In this document: positions 1 to 11,830 of the stretch, in pieces
Layout of the letters: each line of letters begins with the position of its first letter
Position numbering within the stretch: the first letter of the stretch is position 1
Assembly: GCA_028534125.1 (NCBI GenBank)
Contig: CM052817.1
Span: forward strand, 24,058,001 to 24,122,000
Source: Lama glama
Taxonomy: Eukaryota
DNA: 64,000 nucleotides
Reading direction: 5' to 3'
Made by a program: the position numbers and the translations under genes
Notes under the pieces: generated by a model
The model's input: the letters and a program-made list of their open reading frames with translations, nothing else
Told to the model about the DNA's origin: nothing
The model's database searches: none

Positions 1-286
1 ATGATGATTTCTATTTAATAGGAAGCATCTGGTTCAACACTGAGGACAAGTAGGTAAGAAAAGGAGTGCTCTTTGCCCTTCTGTTCCGGCAGAAGTACAA
101 GACTGATGGATGTAGTCCTTGCTTTGGAGAAAGACACCCACTCTATCATTTTTTTCTTAGTAGAAATATCTGTTCTACTCATTAATCTGACAACTGAACA
201 CCAGAGACATGATTGAAAACATATCTATCCCTCCTCAGATTCTGCAAAGATACTTTCCTTGGCAGCTAAAAAGTCAGAAAGTGTAC

Positions 287-499
287 CTGTGGGGACCTTG
301 GCACCATGAGCAACAGTAACAGATGCAGAGCCAAACCTGCCCTGCACAGTTTGCAAGGGTCAATGGGAAAGTACTTCTCCATTCATCAGTTTGTAGCCCG
401 AGGTTCCACAGTACTCTGCTCACCAGGCAAACTGGAAGTGTATCCATCGGAATACATTAGGACAATAGAGTCAGCGGATGGATTACAATTTCTGAGCAT
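287..499 (-). other. Candidate exon (213 nt); possible 5'UTR plus start of a signal-peptide-like CDS (MEKYFPIDPCKLCRAGLALHLLLLLMVPRSPQ, ATG at 382)
   Basis: Minus strand has a polypyrimidine tract ttttcttttctctaatatgaaag| before 499 and a CAG|gtacac donor after 287. The ATG at 382 follows in-frame stops and leads into a hydrophobic run. An alternative donor CTG|gtgagc lies near 424. Gene not recognised. Confidence 0.25.
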
Positions 500-744
500 C
501 TTTCATATTAGAGAAAAGAAAATGTGAGGTAGTATCCATCCCTTTTGAGTATCTGTGCATATTTCAGTGGAGATTATTTCATTAATGTGTTCTTGCATTC
601 ATTCATTCATTCATGATTGGTTTTTCATCAAATTAATTATTGTATACTGATCAGCTCAGAGTCAGGTAGAGTGCTAGATGATGTAACTTCAACAACTTGA
701 AAAAAATTATTTTTTCCTAAGAAACTTTCATTCCCTAAGTCTTT

Positions 745-840
745 CATTCAGCATGCATTATTTGAGCACCTACTATGTGCCGTATATTATGCCAGGTTCT
801 AAACAAAACCAGACATGGCCAGGTGTCTGCCCTCATTATT
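745..840 (-). mobile_element. L2 3' end fragment
   Basis: cattcagcatgcattatttgagcacctactatgtgcc...ctgccctca resembles the reverse complement of the L2 tail. Confidence 0.6.
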
Positions 841-1905
841 TTGGAGTTTTCCTTTTAATACTTTGCTGAGAATACTAATAAAATCTATTGGGTTCTCTGT
901 GGCTTGTGGGTGGAGCTGCAGGCTAAATGCTCCCAGCAGGGCAAACCTATTCTTTCAGAAGCAAAGAATCAGGAAGAAAAAGAAACCTGTTTACTACATG
1001 GAGAAAAACAAATCACAGTTAATCTTTGCCTTGGAAATGAAGGCTGTTAAATACACTGCTTAGTCTGATAATATATCTACCATATTAGTATATTATGCTG
1101 AGATATACATTCGGTTCAATGCAAAATAAATTTTTGGAAAGTATAATTATAGATACAAAGCTGATGTAAAAAACGTGAAGGAATAGTAATAAACAGATCC
1201 TTTTTATCAGTATATTGTTTTTAGGACAACTTTTCACATTGAAATGACATGAGGCAGTACAAAAAGACCCTAAAAGGAAATAGAATTGTGACACAGCTGG
1301 ATTTCTTGTCATGGAAACCTCCCTCCAGCTGACTGTCATGTTCTTTGACGTTTGGCATCCCAAAATATCTGGGCAGGAAGTGAGAGTTTAGGTTTCCTTT
1401 ATCTTACACTGATAATAGAGGGTAGAAATCAAAAACAAAAAACAGACAGGTTTTAAGAACAAGCCACACCAAGAAAGTGACATGAAGAAAATAAAATCTA
1501 CGGCTGGTTTTTACAGCTATTTCTGATTTTTTTTTTTCAGAAGAAAATCTGGAAAGTGTGATAAGAGATGACTGATGTGAAAAAGTCTACTTTTTGGGGT
1601 TGAAAGGGGAAAATTCTAAACAAGAGGAGGGGTCATTTCAAATGTTCTCCTCACTGTCCTACAAGAACACCCCTTACAGCACTGGCCTGTTGCATATTGC
1701 TAACTAACTATCTCTACCTGGAATAAACTCTTCCCTTCAGACCTCTAGCCAGATAAGATGTTTCTCAAATCTTTTCTCCTTTAGGGCTTTCCAGCCACAG
1801 TGACTCCTCTGAACTCATTACACCTGTCTCTATCACCCATTTCTCTGTTTAACCACGTGATGCTTTGTGATTTTTTTTTTTTAAAGATTACTCATTTGCT
1901 ATTTC

Positions 1906-2295
1906 CGTTAAAGTGTCCACACTAAACCCAAGATGGGGTTGCTTATGCTAAGCTTCATATCAGCAAACCTGAACTTAACTAAGTTCCTCTGCTCAGCTCT
2001 TCCAGAAAAGGAAGGCCTAGGCAAACCAGCCAGGTCTGCCTACTCAGAACAAGTCACCTGGCTGCACTGCAAATTCCCTTTGCTCCGTATAAGGAAAGTA
2101 ACCCCGCTTTAACCAATCAGCAGACTCCCAGTGTAACTTCCTTGCTCCTGCTCACTTTGGTCTATAAAATTCTCCTGCTTTGTATAACTCTTTGAAGCTC
2201 CATTCTATTTTCTACAGTGGATGCTTCCCGATTTATGAATTGTTGAATAAAGCCAATGAGAGCTTTTCAAATGTTATGATTGTTGGACTTGAACA
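1906..2295 (+). mobile_element. ERV1-class solo LTR
   Basis: CCAAT (aaccaatcag), TATA (ctataaaa), AATAAA and ...aaca end in LTR order; gatgcttcccgatttatgaat..aataaagccaat is typical of ERV1/MER4-group LTRs. Confidence 0.7.
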
Positions 2296-3279
2296 TTATC
2301 TAACTCTTCCGGGCGTATATAACTCATATTGTTTCCCATCTCAATCATAAACTTTTAGGGATCAGGGATGCCTCTGCCATATATTTCTCTATCGATCGCA
2401 TGCAAGAGGCAGAGAATCAATACCTAAGTCACTCCGTAACCTTAGATAACTCAGGAACTACTCACTACATTTGGATCAATTGGATTTAGGAGCCAGCTAA
2501 AGCAGCAAGCAACTTGCAGATCTCATCTGGACCCCATACATCCTTTGCCCTATTCTGGCTTCTTTCATGAATAATTTCTGGATCATTACAATAAATATTT
2601 GTTAATAATTAAGCAAATAAGTGAGTTGTGTCCCATCTGGCAGTTTTGTTATGGCTCCAAAGATATGAAATATTTTGGATACTTGAAATGAGAACAATTT
2701 GGGGAGAATGTTTATTTAGAAGAAGGTTTAAGAGGGACATAGGGTAACTTCTTCATCCTCTTGTCAAATATGCAAAATGCTGCAATTTAGTCTTTGCTCA
2801 GGATAATGCCTTGTCAGAACTCTGTAGAACCTAGAAGAGTATTCTTTCCTGTTTCCTTCGGCCCCTCCCTCATGTTATACCCATGTCCTTACTGAGAGAA
2901 GCTTATTCTGAACACATTCGTTTTTTTCTCTCTTCCAAAGTGATACTACTTCAATTTTGCAGTCCATTTTAGAGTCCTTTTTATTTCTTAAGCTTAGATA
3001 TTGTAGTTACTTGAAAACTTTAGTAACAGTAGATCCAAGAATTTGGCTAGTACAAAGGAGTAACATAAACGTTGCCAAATTAATTGCACCTTTTTTTAAA
3101 ATTTCAATATGTCCATAAGCCACTTGATACATCTAAAAATAATTGCTATGAACATAAATTACATGTGCCTTGGGAAGAAAACAAGTGTTTTAAGCTTTCT
3201 ATTTATGTAATCACTGTATATAGGAAGATTTAATATTTTATTTTACTAGAATAAGAAAGATTATTATCCTAATATCAAT

Positions 3280-4218
3280 TAAAAAGATGATACAGGCAAG
3301 CCAACAGCTAATATCATACTCAACAATGAAAACCTGAAAGCTTTTCCTCTAGGATCAAGAACAAGACAAGAATGCCCAGCCTCACCACTTTCATTCAACA
3401 TAGTATTTGAAGTCTTAGCTGGAACAAATGGGTAAGAAAAATAAATTGAAACCATCCAAATTGGAAAAGAAGAAGCAAAACTCACTATTTGCAGATAACA
3501 TGATGATATATATAGAAAACCCTAAAGACTCCATGAAAAATCTGTTAGACCTAACAAATTCAATAAAATTGGAGGTTACAAAGTCAATACAGAACATATC
3601 CCCATGTTCATTAGCAGCGTCATTTATGATAGCCAAGATATGGAAACAACCTAAGTGTCCATTGATCAATGAATTAAGAAGATAAAGAAGATGTGGTATG
3701 TATAATGGAATACTATACAGCCACAAAAATGAGATATTGCCATTTGAGATGGATGGATCTTGAGGGCACTATGCTAAGTTAAATAAGTCAGACAGAGAAA
3801 GACAAATACTATATGATCTCACTTATGTGTGGAATCTAAAACAAAACAAAACAAAATCAAGCTCACAGATAGAGAACAGATTGGTGGTAGCCAGAGGCAG
3901 GGGCTGGGGGGTGGGAGAAATGGGTAAAGAGAGTCAAAAACTACAACCTGACAGTTATACAATAAAAAAGTAATAGGAATGTAATATACAGTATGATGAC
4001 TATGGTTAATAATGCTGTATTTCACATTTGAAAGCTGCTTAAAGAGTAGATCTTAAAAACTTTCATCATAAGAAAACAATTTTGTAACTATGTATGGGGC
4101 CAGATGTTAACTACACTTATTGTAGTGATAATTTTGCAACATTTACAAACATTATGTTGTACACATAAAACTAATATAATGGTATATGTCAATTATACTT
4201 CAATAAAAAGATGATACA
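3280..4218 (+). mobile_element. 5'-truncated, internally deleted L1 (L1MA9-like 3' UTR) with 15-bp TSD
   Basis: ORF2 RT remnant ([15 protein letters not shown]..; LFADNMMIYIENPKDS) joined at about 3595 to the ORF2 C-terminus (IAKIWKQPKCP) and 3' UTR; taaaaagatgataca at both 3280-3294 and 4204-4218. Confidence 0.9.
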
Positions 4219-4229
4219 AACATAAAAAT

Positions 4230-4452
4230 AATAATTAACATACATCAAGTACTTGAATTTTCTAAGTATTTTACATGTATTATCTCTGTTATCAATTCTC
4301 TCAAATGCCCAATGAAATCCTACTTTATTGCCATTATATAGATAAGGATTGAGACATATAGAGGATAAGTAACTTGTTCAAAACACATAGCCATATTTTG
4401 CAGAGTCAAGATTCACATCCAGGCATTCTGATGCTGGAATTCATGCTCTGAA
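4230..4452 (-). mobile_element. MIR SINE
   Basis: gaggataagtaacttgttcaaaacacatagc...agagtcaagattcacatccaggcattctga resembles the reverse-complement MIR core. Confidence 0.7.
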
Positions 4453-4454
4453 TT

Positions 4455-4957
4455 CTGATAGCAGGAACTGATTGTTCTGCTGGCTCACAAGAGCTGATTG
4501 CTAAAATTTCAGAGTTTTTTTGAGCCCATTGTTTCATCTTGGTAGCTTGAAATTGGCCACAGTGAGTGTTGTAGGCAGAATAACGACCTCCCAAAGTTGT
4601 CCCTGTTGTAATCCCTGGAACCGGTGAACATGTTACTTTACATGTCAAAAGGGACTTTGAAGATGTTATTAAGGATACTGACTCTGGGGAGATTACTATC
4701 CAGGTGGGTCAATCTGATCACACGAATCCTTAAAAATAAGGAACTTTCCCCACCTGTAGTCAGAGAAAAATATGTAAAAGCAGAAATACGGTCAGAGAGA
4801 TGAGCGTGGGTAGGAAATTGCCATGGCAGCAACAGAAAACTAAGGAATTTCGTGGGAGTATTTACACTGCAGAAATCAGCAAATAGTATCAATTGGCATT
4901 TGTGTTTTTTTCTTTTTTCCTAGAGAGACAATTTCAACACTTACCAGCATATCACTG
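4455..4957. mobile_element. MER63-like hAT DNA element split by an MLT1 insertion
   Basis: ggctcacaagagctgattgctaaaatttcag...ttggtagcttgaaattggcca before the MLT1 and gtgggagtatttacac...ttaccagcatatcactg after it. Confidence 0.7.
4570..4845 (+). mobile_element. MLT1 (MLT1D/E-like) MaLR LTR, internally deleted
   Basis: tgtaggcagaataacgacctcccaaag...aaagggactttgaagatgttattaagg start; gcagcaacagaaaactaa end. Confidence 0.8.
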
Positions 4958-5779
4958 CTTTTAAATATTATATTATACTATATCCTATTAAATACATGAA
5001 GAAATAAAAATATCAAGAGGTTAAGTAACTTATCCAAAAGACAGACTAGAAATTTGATTGTCTCTGTAAAACTGTTATAATGAATATATAAGCATGTTTT
5101 TAATCTTTGCCATAACTGGGAGGCTTAATTTATTTACTTATTGCTGTACAGTGTATTTATGTTAAATGTATGTAAGTAGAATCCTTTTCACAGCACATCA
5201 TTTCAGGGTCCCCTATCTTTCCTGAGTACACCTTAGCTAGTGCATTTCACTGTGTCTTCAAGAAATAGTCTGGATAGGGTCTAAGGCTATGTGGCCTAGT
5301 TAAAGAAAATGAATCAGCCAGTGACTCTTCATCCATCCATTCATCTATCCATTAATTTATGCATTGAAACAATAATCCAGTTACTTCTTCAATTTAACAA
5401 ATACTTATTGATGAGCTCCTATATGCTAGTTTTACATATCTGGTTATTAGTAGTCAAATCAATTAAAAAGCAGCAACACAAAACCACCTGTTCTCAGAGC
5501 AAACTACCCTATTCTCATAGAGCATAAGTTCTAATGGAGCAATACACAAAAGTTACCCCTAGACGCAGAATACAGAATATTAACTTGAAGAATAGGGGCT
5601 CTCAGATACGTGGATGCTGTCATTTTGGGAAAGTCCATGGCCGAATAAGAAAGTAGGGGGTCTGCCCTTATAGACTCCTGACTTTTCATTGCCTTTTCTC
5701 CTTCACATGTTATCCCTCCTCTTCTTTTGTTTCTCCCCCTTTATATAAAGTGAGTCTCCCTTATAAAGGTTATCACTCA

Positions 5780-6200
5780 AGGTCCTGGCAAATAAGGATA
5801 GGGTTCAAATAAAAAGCCATTATTGAAGTCACTACTTTAAGAGGCATGATCAAAACTATAAGAATGCCAAAGGATGGTGAGGGCACTCAGAAATTAACAG
5901 TGGCTGCACCCTGAAGGAAGAGCCTTAGATAGGAGCCGTGCTCATGGAGAGATACAACTCCTGCCAGAGGCACAGCACCCGAAGGCCCAGCACCCAAGCA
6001 GGGAAGGAGTAAGGAAAAACACCAAGATATCTCAGTCCTCCTGCCACCTGTTCTCCTGCTGGTGCCTCCCACTTCCCAGCACAACCAGAGGCCAGGCAGC
6101 AAGGGAGCCTGGGTGCCACAGTCTGCTGCGGTCAGTACCTGGGGTTGCAGAGGTCAGATACTGGATCCAGGTGAGAGACTAATGGAGAGTTAGCAGCACA
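5780..6200 (-). mobile_element. Old ERVL LTR fragment (LTR33-like)
   Basis: ctcctgctggtgcctcccacttcccagcacaaccagaggccaggcagcaagggagcc resembles the LTR33 group. Confidence 0.5.
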
Positions 6201-7225
6201 AACATAATTCAAATCATGTTGCCAACGGATAAACTACATTATTGCATTTGAATAAGGGATATACCTTATACTAAAGACATAATCTTCTAATAGTATAGCT
6301 TAAGGTAATGTTAGAAACATTTTGGGCTGTTGAGGGCTACCTCTTAACCCTCAGGTCACACTGAGCTCTTACTAGGTGCCATCCCTCTAACACACCTGTG
6401 TCACCAGAACACACTGCTGCTTTCAGTCATTCACTAAGTCTCAGGTCAGCTGCAGTTGCAGGTTTACTAAGTTGACATAGTTTTAGAGGAAATGCCATAG
6501 CACTCAAGAAAATAATAAAGACATAGGAAATGAGGAAGTTAGGATATCCCAAGCAGACTGTCTTTTATTCTCTAATGTGTTAGTATTTACTTGTGTAAAA
6601 TGAAATCCTGCTGTTTAAAGAATGTGAAACATTTTGGGTGAATGGAAGCTGTTTGGTCCTGTGGGAAGTTATCCACTGATGTATTTGGGAAAAAAATTAG
6701 CTTTTGCATCATGTACACCCTTAACCAGCAGATGTCATGCAAAGTCCTGTGCATGTGTTTTTCTGCTTATGTTGTCAGTAGAAGAATGACAGCATATGAA
6801 ATCAAAGAAAAAATCTCATAGGCTTGAAACACACAGAATTATCTTTATTTTTATTGAGAATAAACAGCAAGTTTAATAAAAAATAGTGTCTATTTTAATA
6901 TATTTGAGGGGAAGAGGCGCAAATAGATATCTAATATATTTAATGAGAAGAGAAGCAATCGAGAAAAGAAGTAATCAGATATTCTCCAACTTGTATTTTA
7001 ATCTTAAAGTACAATTATTCTGATTATTCTCCACCGGCATTCTAGACCTCCTACTTTAGTAACTGTGCTGTTTCCAAATGTGTGGACAGGGTAATTTTAG
7101 AGTGCCTTTCACTGCCATTGATCCCGTTCCTCTGATCAATGGTCTGGGGTATTTTTAAAAACTAAATCACACAGATTCATGACACAGTGCTCTAGACTGA
7201 ACACATGCTAGCTCTTATTCCTCAC

Positions 7226-7303
7226 CATATCTGCTCGTTAAACACACAGAGAGTCGCTGTCCAACAACCGTGCAGGAAAGGACAGGCACACCCTACTTAT
7301 ATC
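7226..7303 (-). promoter_or_regulatory. Candidate TATA promoter plus short first exon
   Basis: Minus strand: TATAAG at 7301-7296, then about 70 nt with three retained CpGs ending CAGATATG|GTGAGG (donor GT at 7225-7224); sits in non-repeat sequence. Confidence 0.3.
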
Positions 7304-7732
7304 TGGCTGGAATATTTTTCTCACTTCATACCATATTGATGGGGGATTGTTTCCACATGGAATCCTACTTTGTTCATTCTGTATAAATAAAATCCCCTTG
7401 AAGTATACTTCCTTCATTTTTCCCCTTTACTGTTAGCTGCATCATTTATAATCTTTGCATCACCCCCATATTTTATACATTTGCCATTATCTTTCTTTCT
7501 TTCAGATCTAACAATGTCTAACATCCAACAATCTGTTAGACATCACTGGGCTAAATGCTGGGTTTTGTGATACCCTATTGGCCATCTCTTAATTATTTGG
7601 AAAAAAATGCAATATTATAATCTATGTGATTATATTTTCATTCACTCTAATGTGAAACAATTTAGATGAATATTTAGGATACGTTTTAATTTTTTTTCTT
7701 AAATTTAGCCAGAACTTCGGAGTTACAGACCA

Positions 7733-8266
7733 TATATTAGTCAGGATTCTCCAGAGAAACAGAACCAAAGGGGGCGTGTGTGTATGTGTGTAGACAGATG
7801 GAGGGGGAGGGAGAGAGAGAGAGAGAGAGGGAAATAGATTTATTGTAAGAATGGGATCATACAAATTTGGAGGCTGACAAATCCCAAGATCTGCATTCAA
7901 CAAGCTGGAGACCCAGGAGAGCCAATGGTGTAGGTGTAGTTCTAAGACCTTTAGGCTTGAAACCTGGAAAGAGTCAATGTCTTCATTTCCTGAAGGCAGG
8001 AAAAAGCCAACGTCCGAGCTCAAAGGCAGTCAGGAAGGAGGAAGTCTTTCTTATTCAGGGAGAGGTCAGCCTTTTTATTCGATGCAGGCTTGATTAGAAC
8101 AACTGATTGGATGAGTCACACCCACATCGTTGAGGGCAAAGTCCTTTACTAAGTCTACCAATTTCAATGTGAAGCTCATCCCAGAATACAGAAACACCGA
8201 GGATACTGTTTGGACTAAAATATCTGGGTAATCCAGGCAAATTGACACATAAAATGGCCCGTCACA
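7733..8266 (-). mobile_element. MLT2 (ERVL) solo LTR
   Basis: tattagtcaggattctccagagaaacagaacca...ttgacacataaaatggcccgtcaca; flanks gacca/gactg fit a decayed 5-bp TSD; internal GT/GA microsatellite. Confidence 0.85.
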
Positions 8267-8334
8267 GACTGTAAGACACTTCATTGTTCTTCGTTCAGTT
8301 TCCTCACTGCAGACTGGAGGGTTGGTTCTGGATC

Positions 8335-8510
8335 GGTGGTTTCCAAATCCAGGTAAATGTCAGCATTACTTGGAGACCTTAAAAACACAGATTTTTTTGT
8401 GTTTACTTGAGGACCTGAGATCTACTGAGTTAGACTTTCTCTCCACAAATAGAGCCCAGGAATCAAGTCATTCTGATTCTCTGTTCTGCAGGTTGATGAT
8501 TGGAACTCTG
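8335..8510. mobile_element. MER5-like hAT-Charlie element
   Basis: gtggtttccaaa...agatctactgagttagact...gcccaggaatc...tgattct pattern. Confidence 0.5.
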
Positions 8511-8539
8511 TGAATTATTTTTTTCTGTTGTCAGCTGCT

Positions 8540-9162
8540 TTCTTCCCATTTCTTCCAATAGGTTTCACTAGAAGGAGACTGAAATGCAGGATAAGGAAGG
8601 AAGGAAGGAAGGGATTTCCTCACGCCTCTTTGTTTTCTGTTCCTGCCAGTATCGCTCTAGAAGTGGCACTTTCACCCTAGAAGAAAAGTTGATTCTAGTT
8701 TTCAATTTTTGTTGGCACTTTGGGAGAGGGTCTCATTTTGGCCCCTGGGAGCCCCCATCTCACAGATCTAGGCCTCAGCTCTCCAGTTCCCTCATTTGGC
8801 CCCCTGAGGCATCAGTGCAGACAGGCAATAGCCCCTCTTCTGAGATATGAGACCAAACATTACCATCTTTTCCTCTGAGCTCCTGAGATCCCAACAACAC
8901 AAGATGATCAGTGTGCCATCCTTGGATGTCTGAGCCACGACTCCATGGCCAGTCCTCTGAGCTGCTGGGTTTTGAAAGCCCCAAAGCCTTCCATTGGTGT
9001 CTCCTACTGCTTGAGGTGGTAGCTGCTTCCTGTCTTTATTAACGAGTGTTAACCTTACTTTTGCTTTTGGCTGTTCCTGCCCTACAACACCTGCTTCACC
9101 AATTCCATATCACATCTTCTCTGTTGAAAGACTTAATGTAGTTTGTGTTTCCTGACTGATCA
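8540..9162 (+). mobile_element. Old ERVL LTR (LTR33/LTR16 group)
   Basis: 3' end cttctctgttgaaagacttaatgtagtttgtgtttcctgactgatca resembles ERVL LTR termini; internal ggtggtagctgcttcctg. Confidence 0.5.
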
Positions 9163-9189
9163 CTATCTGCTGCAAGTTAGGGAACTTCC

Positions 9190-10680
9190 TATGTGAATGT
9201 CTACGTGAGGAATTGGCCAGGCAGTGGAAGGAACAAGTTGAAAGCTCTAAAGCGGAAATGCATCTGGAATGTTTGAGAAACAGCAAGGAAGTCACTGTAG
9301 TTGGAGCAAAGTGAGTGAGAAGAAAGCATTTAGAGATGTCAAAAGGGGCCGATATGTATGGATTTGTAACTGATAGAAAAAAATCTTTGGTTGTTTTCTG
9401 AGTGGGAAGGGATGCCACTGAATCTACTGAAACCACTCACCTTTAAGGAGAGAAGTGATATGATGAGTTTGTTTGAAAAGTATCACTGTGGCTGCTGTAT
9501 TTAGAATATATTTAGGGGAACAAAAACAAAAGCAGAGATACCAGTTAGGAGCCAATTGGAAGCACCTGCACAAGAGATGATAATGACTTTTTTCAGGGTA
9601 GCAGTAGTGGAGGTAAAAGTAACTAGAGAGATTATGAATATATTTTGATAGTGGAATCAATCAGGCTTGACAATAAAGTAAGTAAAAGAAAAGATATTAA
9701 GAATAGCCTCAAGGTTTTGGCCTGTGCAGTTGGAACGATGAAGCCACCATTAACAGAAGTGGAGCCGTTCCTTTTTGTGGGGGTGGGTGGGAGATAGGCA
9801 GCAGGAGCTGTGCTTTTAACATGCCCAGTTTCAATGTCTATTAGACCTCCAGGGTGTTAAGTAGACCACCATATATGTGGATCTGGAGTTCAGAGTACAG
9901 GTCCAAGATGGAGCTATGCATGTAAGAGACTTCAGCACACAGATGCTATTTAAAAGGCACAGGCATGGACCAAATAATCTAGGAGACACAGATAGAATCA
10001 AGGGGCAGGAGATGCCAACATTTTGAGACTGAAGAGACAACCATCAAAAGTGACAGAAGATCCAAAAAATTTGGAGGGATATTAGGAGAACATGGTGTCC
10101 TGAAAGCTACTGATGAAAAGAGGGTATAGCATGAACAGTGGCAGAAGCTGCTGGTAGGTCACCTGAGATAAAGACTGAGAAAAGACAAGGTGGCTTTAGC
10201 AACATGAAGGCTATTGATAACCATGATAGAGGGTTGTTTCTGTGGAGCAGTGAGGTTGCTAGTCTACTAATGTGGGATTAAAAGTGAATGGAAGTAGATA
10301 CATTGCAGTCAGAGCACATAGACAACTTTTTCAAGTCTTTTTCTTTCTTCCTTCCTTCCTCTCACCTTCCCTCCCTCCCTCCCTCCCTCCTTCTCTTTCT
10401 TCCTTCCTCCCACCTTCCCTCCCTGCCCCATCCTCAATTTCTTTCTTTCTCTCTTTCTTTCTTTTCTTTTTTTCTTCTTTTTTCTTCCCTCTCCCCTTCC
10501 TAAAGGAAATGAGAGAAACAAGATGATACTTAAAGTGGGAATGGGGGTTGAGAAAACTTTTTAAAGACAGTAGAAAAAACAGCGTATTCATGTGTTACTG
10601 TTAAAATTCCACTAGAGAGGATAATTTGATGTCTTGATGTAGGGCATCAGAGAATTGCTTTAGAAACATGGAAATTCATC
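9190..10680 (-). mobile_element. L2 LINE fragment interrupted by a simple repeat
   Basis: tggaatgtttgagaaacagcaaggaagtcactgtagttggagc..., aaagtatcactgtggctgctgt, gatctggagttcagag are typical reverse-complement L2 motifs. Confidence 0.8.
10338..10500. repeat. Polypyrimidine (CCTT/CCCT/CTTT)n simple repeat
   Basis: About 160 nt almost entirely C/T. Confidence 0.95.
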
Positions 10681-10689
10681 TACAGTATT

Positions 10690-11205
10690 TTAAATCATAA
10701 AATATATTATTTCATCCCCCCCCTCCCTTAAAACTGATGAATGATTTTTCATGGTTTTAGAAGAAAACCCACAATCCTCACCCTTGTCTTCAAGACTGAG
10801 CACTTTCTGGGCTCTACCTGTCTCACCCACACCATCTCTTCCCCCTCCCTGCCACACAAAGCTCCAGCCAGACTGGCCTCCTTTTTGTGTCTTGAACACA
10901 TGAAGCTTTTTGTTGCTTCAGGACATTCGCACTTTGCTTTCTTTCCACTTGGTAAACTATTCTCCTAGATTTTAGGCTTCCTCTTTCACATATTTTAGGT
11001 TTCAGCCTAAATACATCTTTTTCAGAGAATCCTTTCCTAATGATCTCATGGAAGGTATGAGCTCAGAAATTACTACCACTATGCCTTGTTTAATACCATC
11101 TCTCACCATTTGTAATTGTCTTTCTCCCCAACCAAAATGTAAGTTCGAGCTGTATCTCTAACATCTAGTAAAGGGTCAGGCTCACACAGGTGATCAATTA
11201 ATTAT
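10690..11205 (+). mobile_element. L2 3' fragment
   Basis: gctccagccagactggcctcctttttgtgtcttgaacacatgaagc... ending ctgtatctctaacatctagtaaagggtcaggctcacacaggtgatcaattaa. Confidence 0.75.
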
Positions 11206-11579
11206 GTCTGTGACATAGATAAATCTTTATTAAAATAATAATTAAAACTTCAGTGTCTGAAAGTTTTTAAGACCTCTAGGGTGTGTATTATTTTTCATAT
11301 ACATGCAACTATAATCTAATCTCCCACATTGGATAAATGAAAGAAGTCTATTCTCTTCCTAAGTATTTCTGAGATCACTCCTTCTGTGTCCTAGAAATCC
11401 ATTTTGTCTGCTTCTCTCTTATTTTTCTCCCTTACAGATTGCCTCCCGCTGTCTCATCATCACTTTCTCATTCCTGAGCACACTTCATCCCAAAACACGA
11501 ACACAGGTTCCTAAGTGTAGTTAGAGCAATACTCTCATCTTTACTATTTTACTAACTCAAGGGGATAGTCATAGTGTAG

Positions 11580-11830
11580 GTAATAATAATAATATATTCA
11601 ACACTTGTCAAGACTGGACACTATATATACACACATACATATATTCACTTATTATATATATTCACTATATCCCACCAATTTTATGATAGAGATATTATTA
11701 TTATCCCCATCTTTTAGATAAGATACCAAAGCACTGGGAGGGTAAATTTCCCAAAGACATTTAACTAATAAGTGATTACCCCAGGATTCCATCCCAGGCA
11801 GTCTGGCTGTAGAGTTCATTTTCTTAAATG
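11580..11830 (-). mobile_element. MIR SINE
   Basis: attattatccccatcttttagataag...ccaggattccatcccaggcagtctggctgtagagttc. Confidence 0.75.

Noticed and set aside
22..53. Plus-strand micro-exon-like pattern (aatag|...tag|gtaaga)
   Set aside because: Weak pyrimidine tract and no supporting neighbours; expected by chance
306..527. Plus-strand 73-aa ORF
   Set aside because: No recognisable protein; splice and peptide signals fit the minus strand better
3428..3685. 85-aa ORF with an RT-like LFADNM motif
   Set aside because: Decayed L1 ORF2 fragment (the catalytic FADD reads FADN); not a gene or a novel RT system
10272..10591. Four overlapping ORFs rich in P/S/F or E/K/R/G
   Set aside because: Translations of a simple pyrimidine repeat
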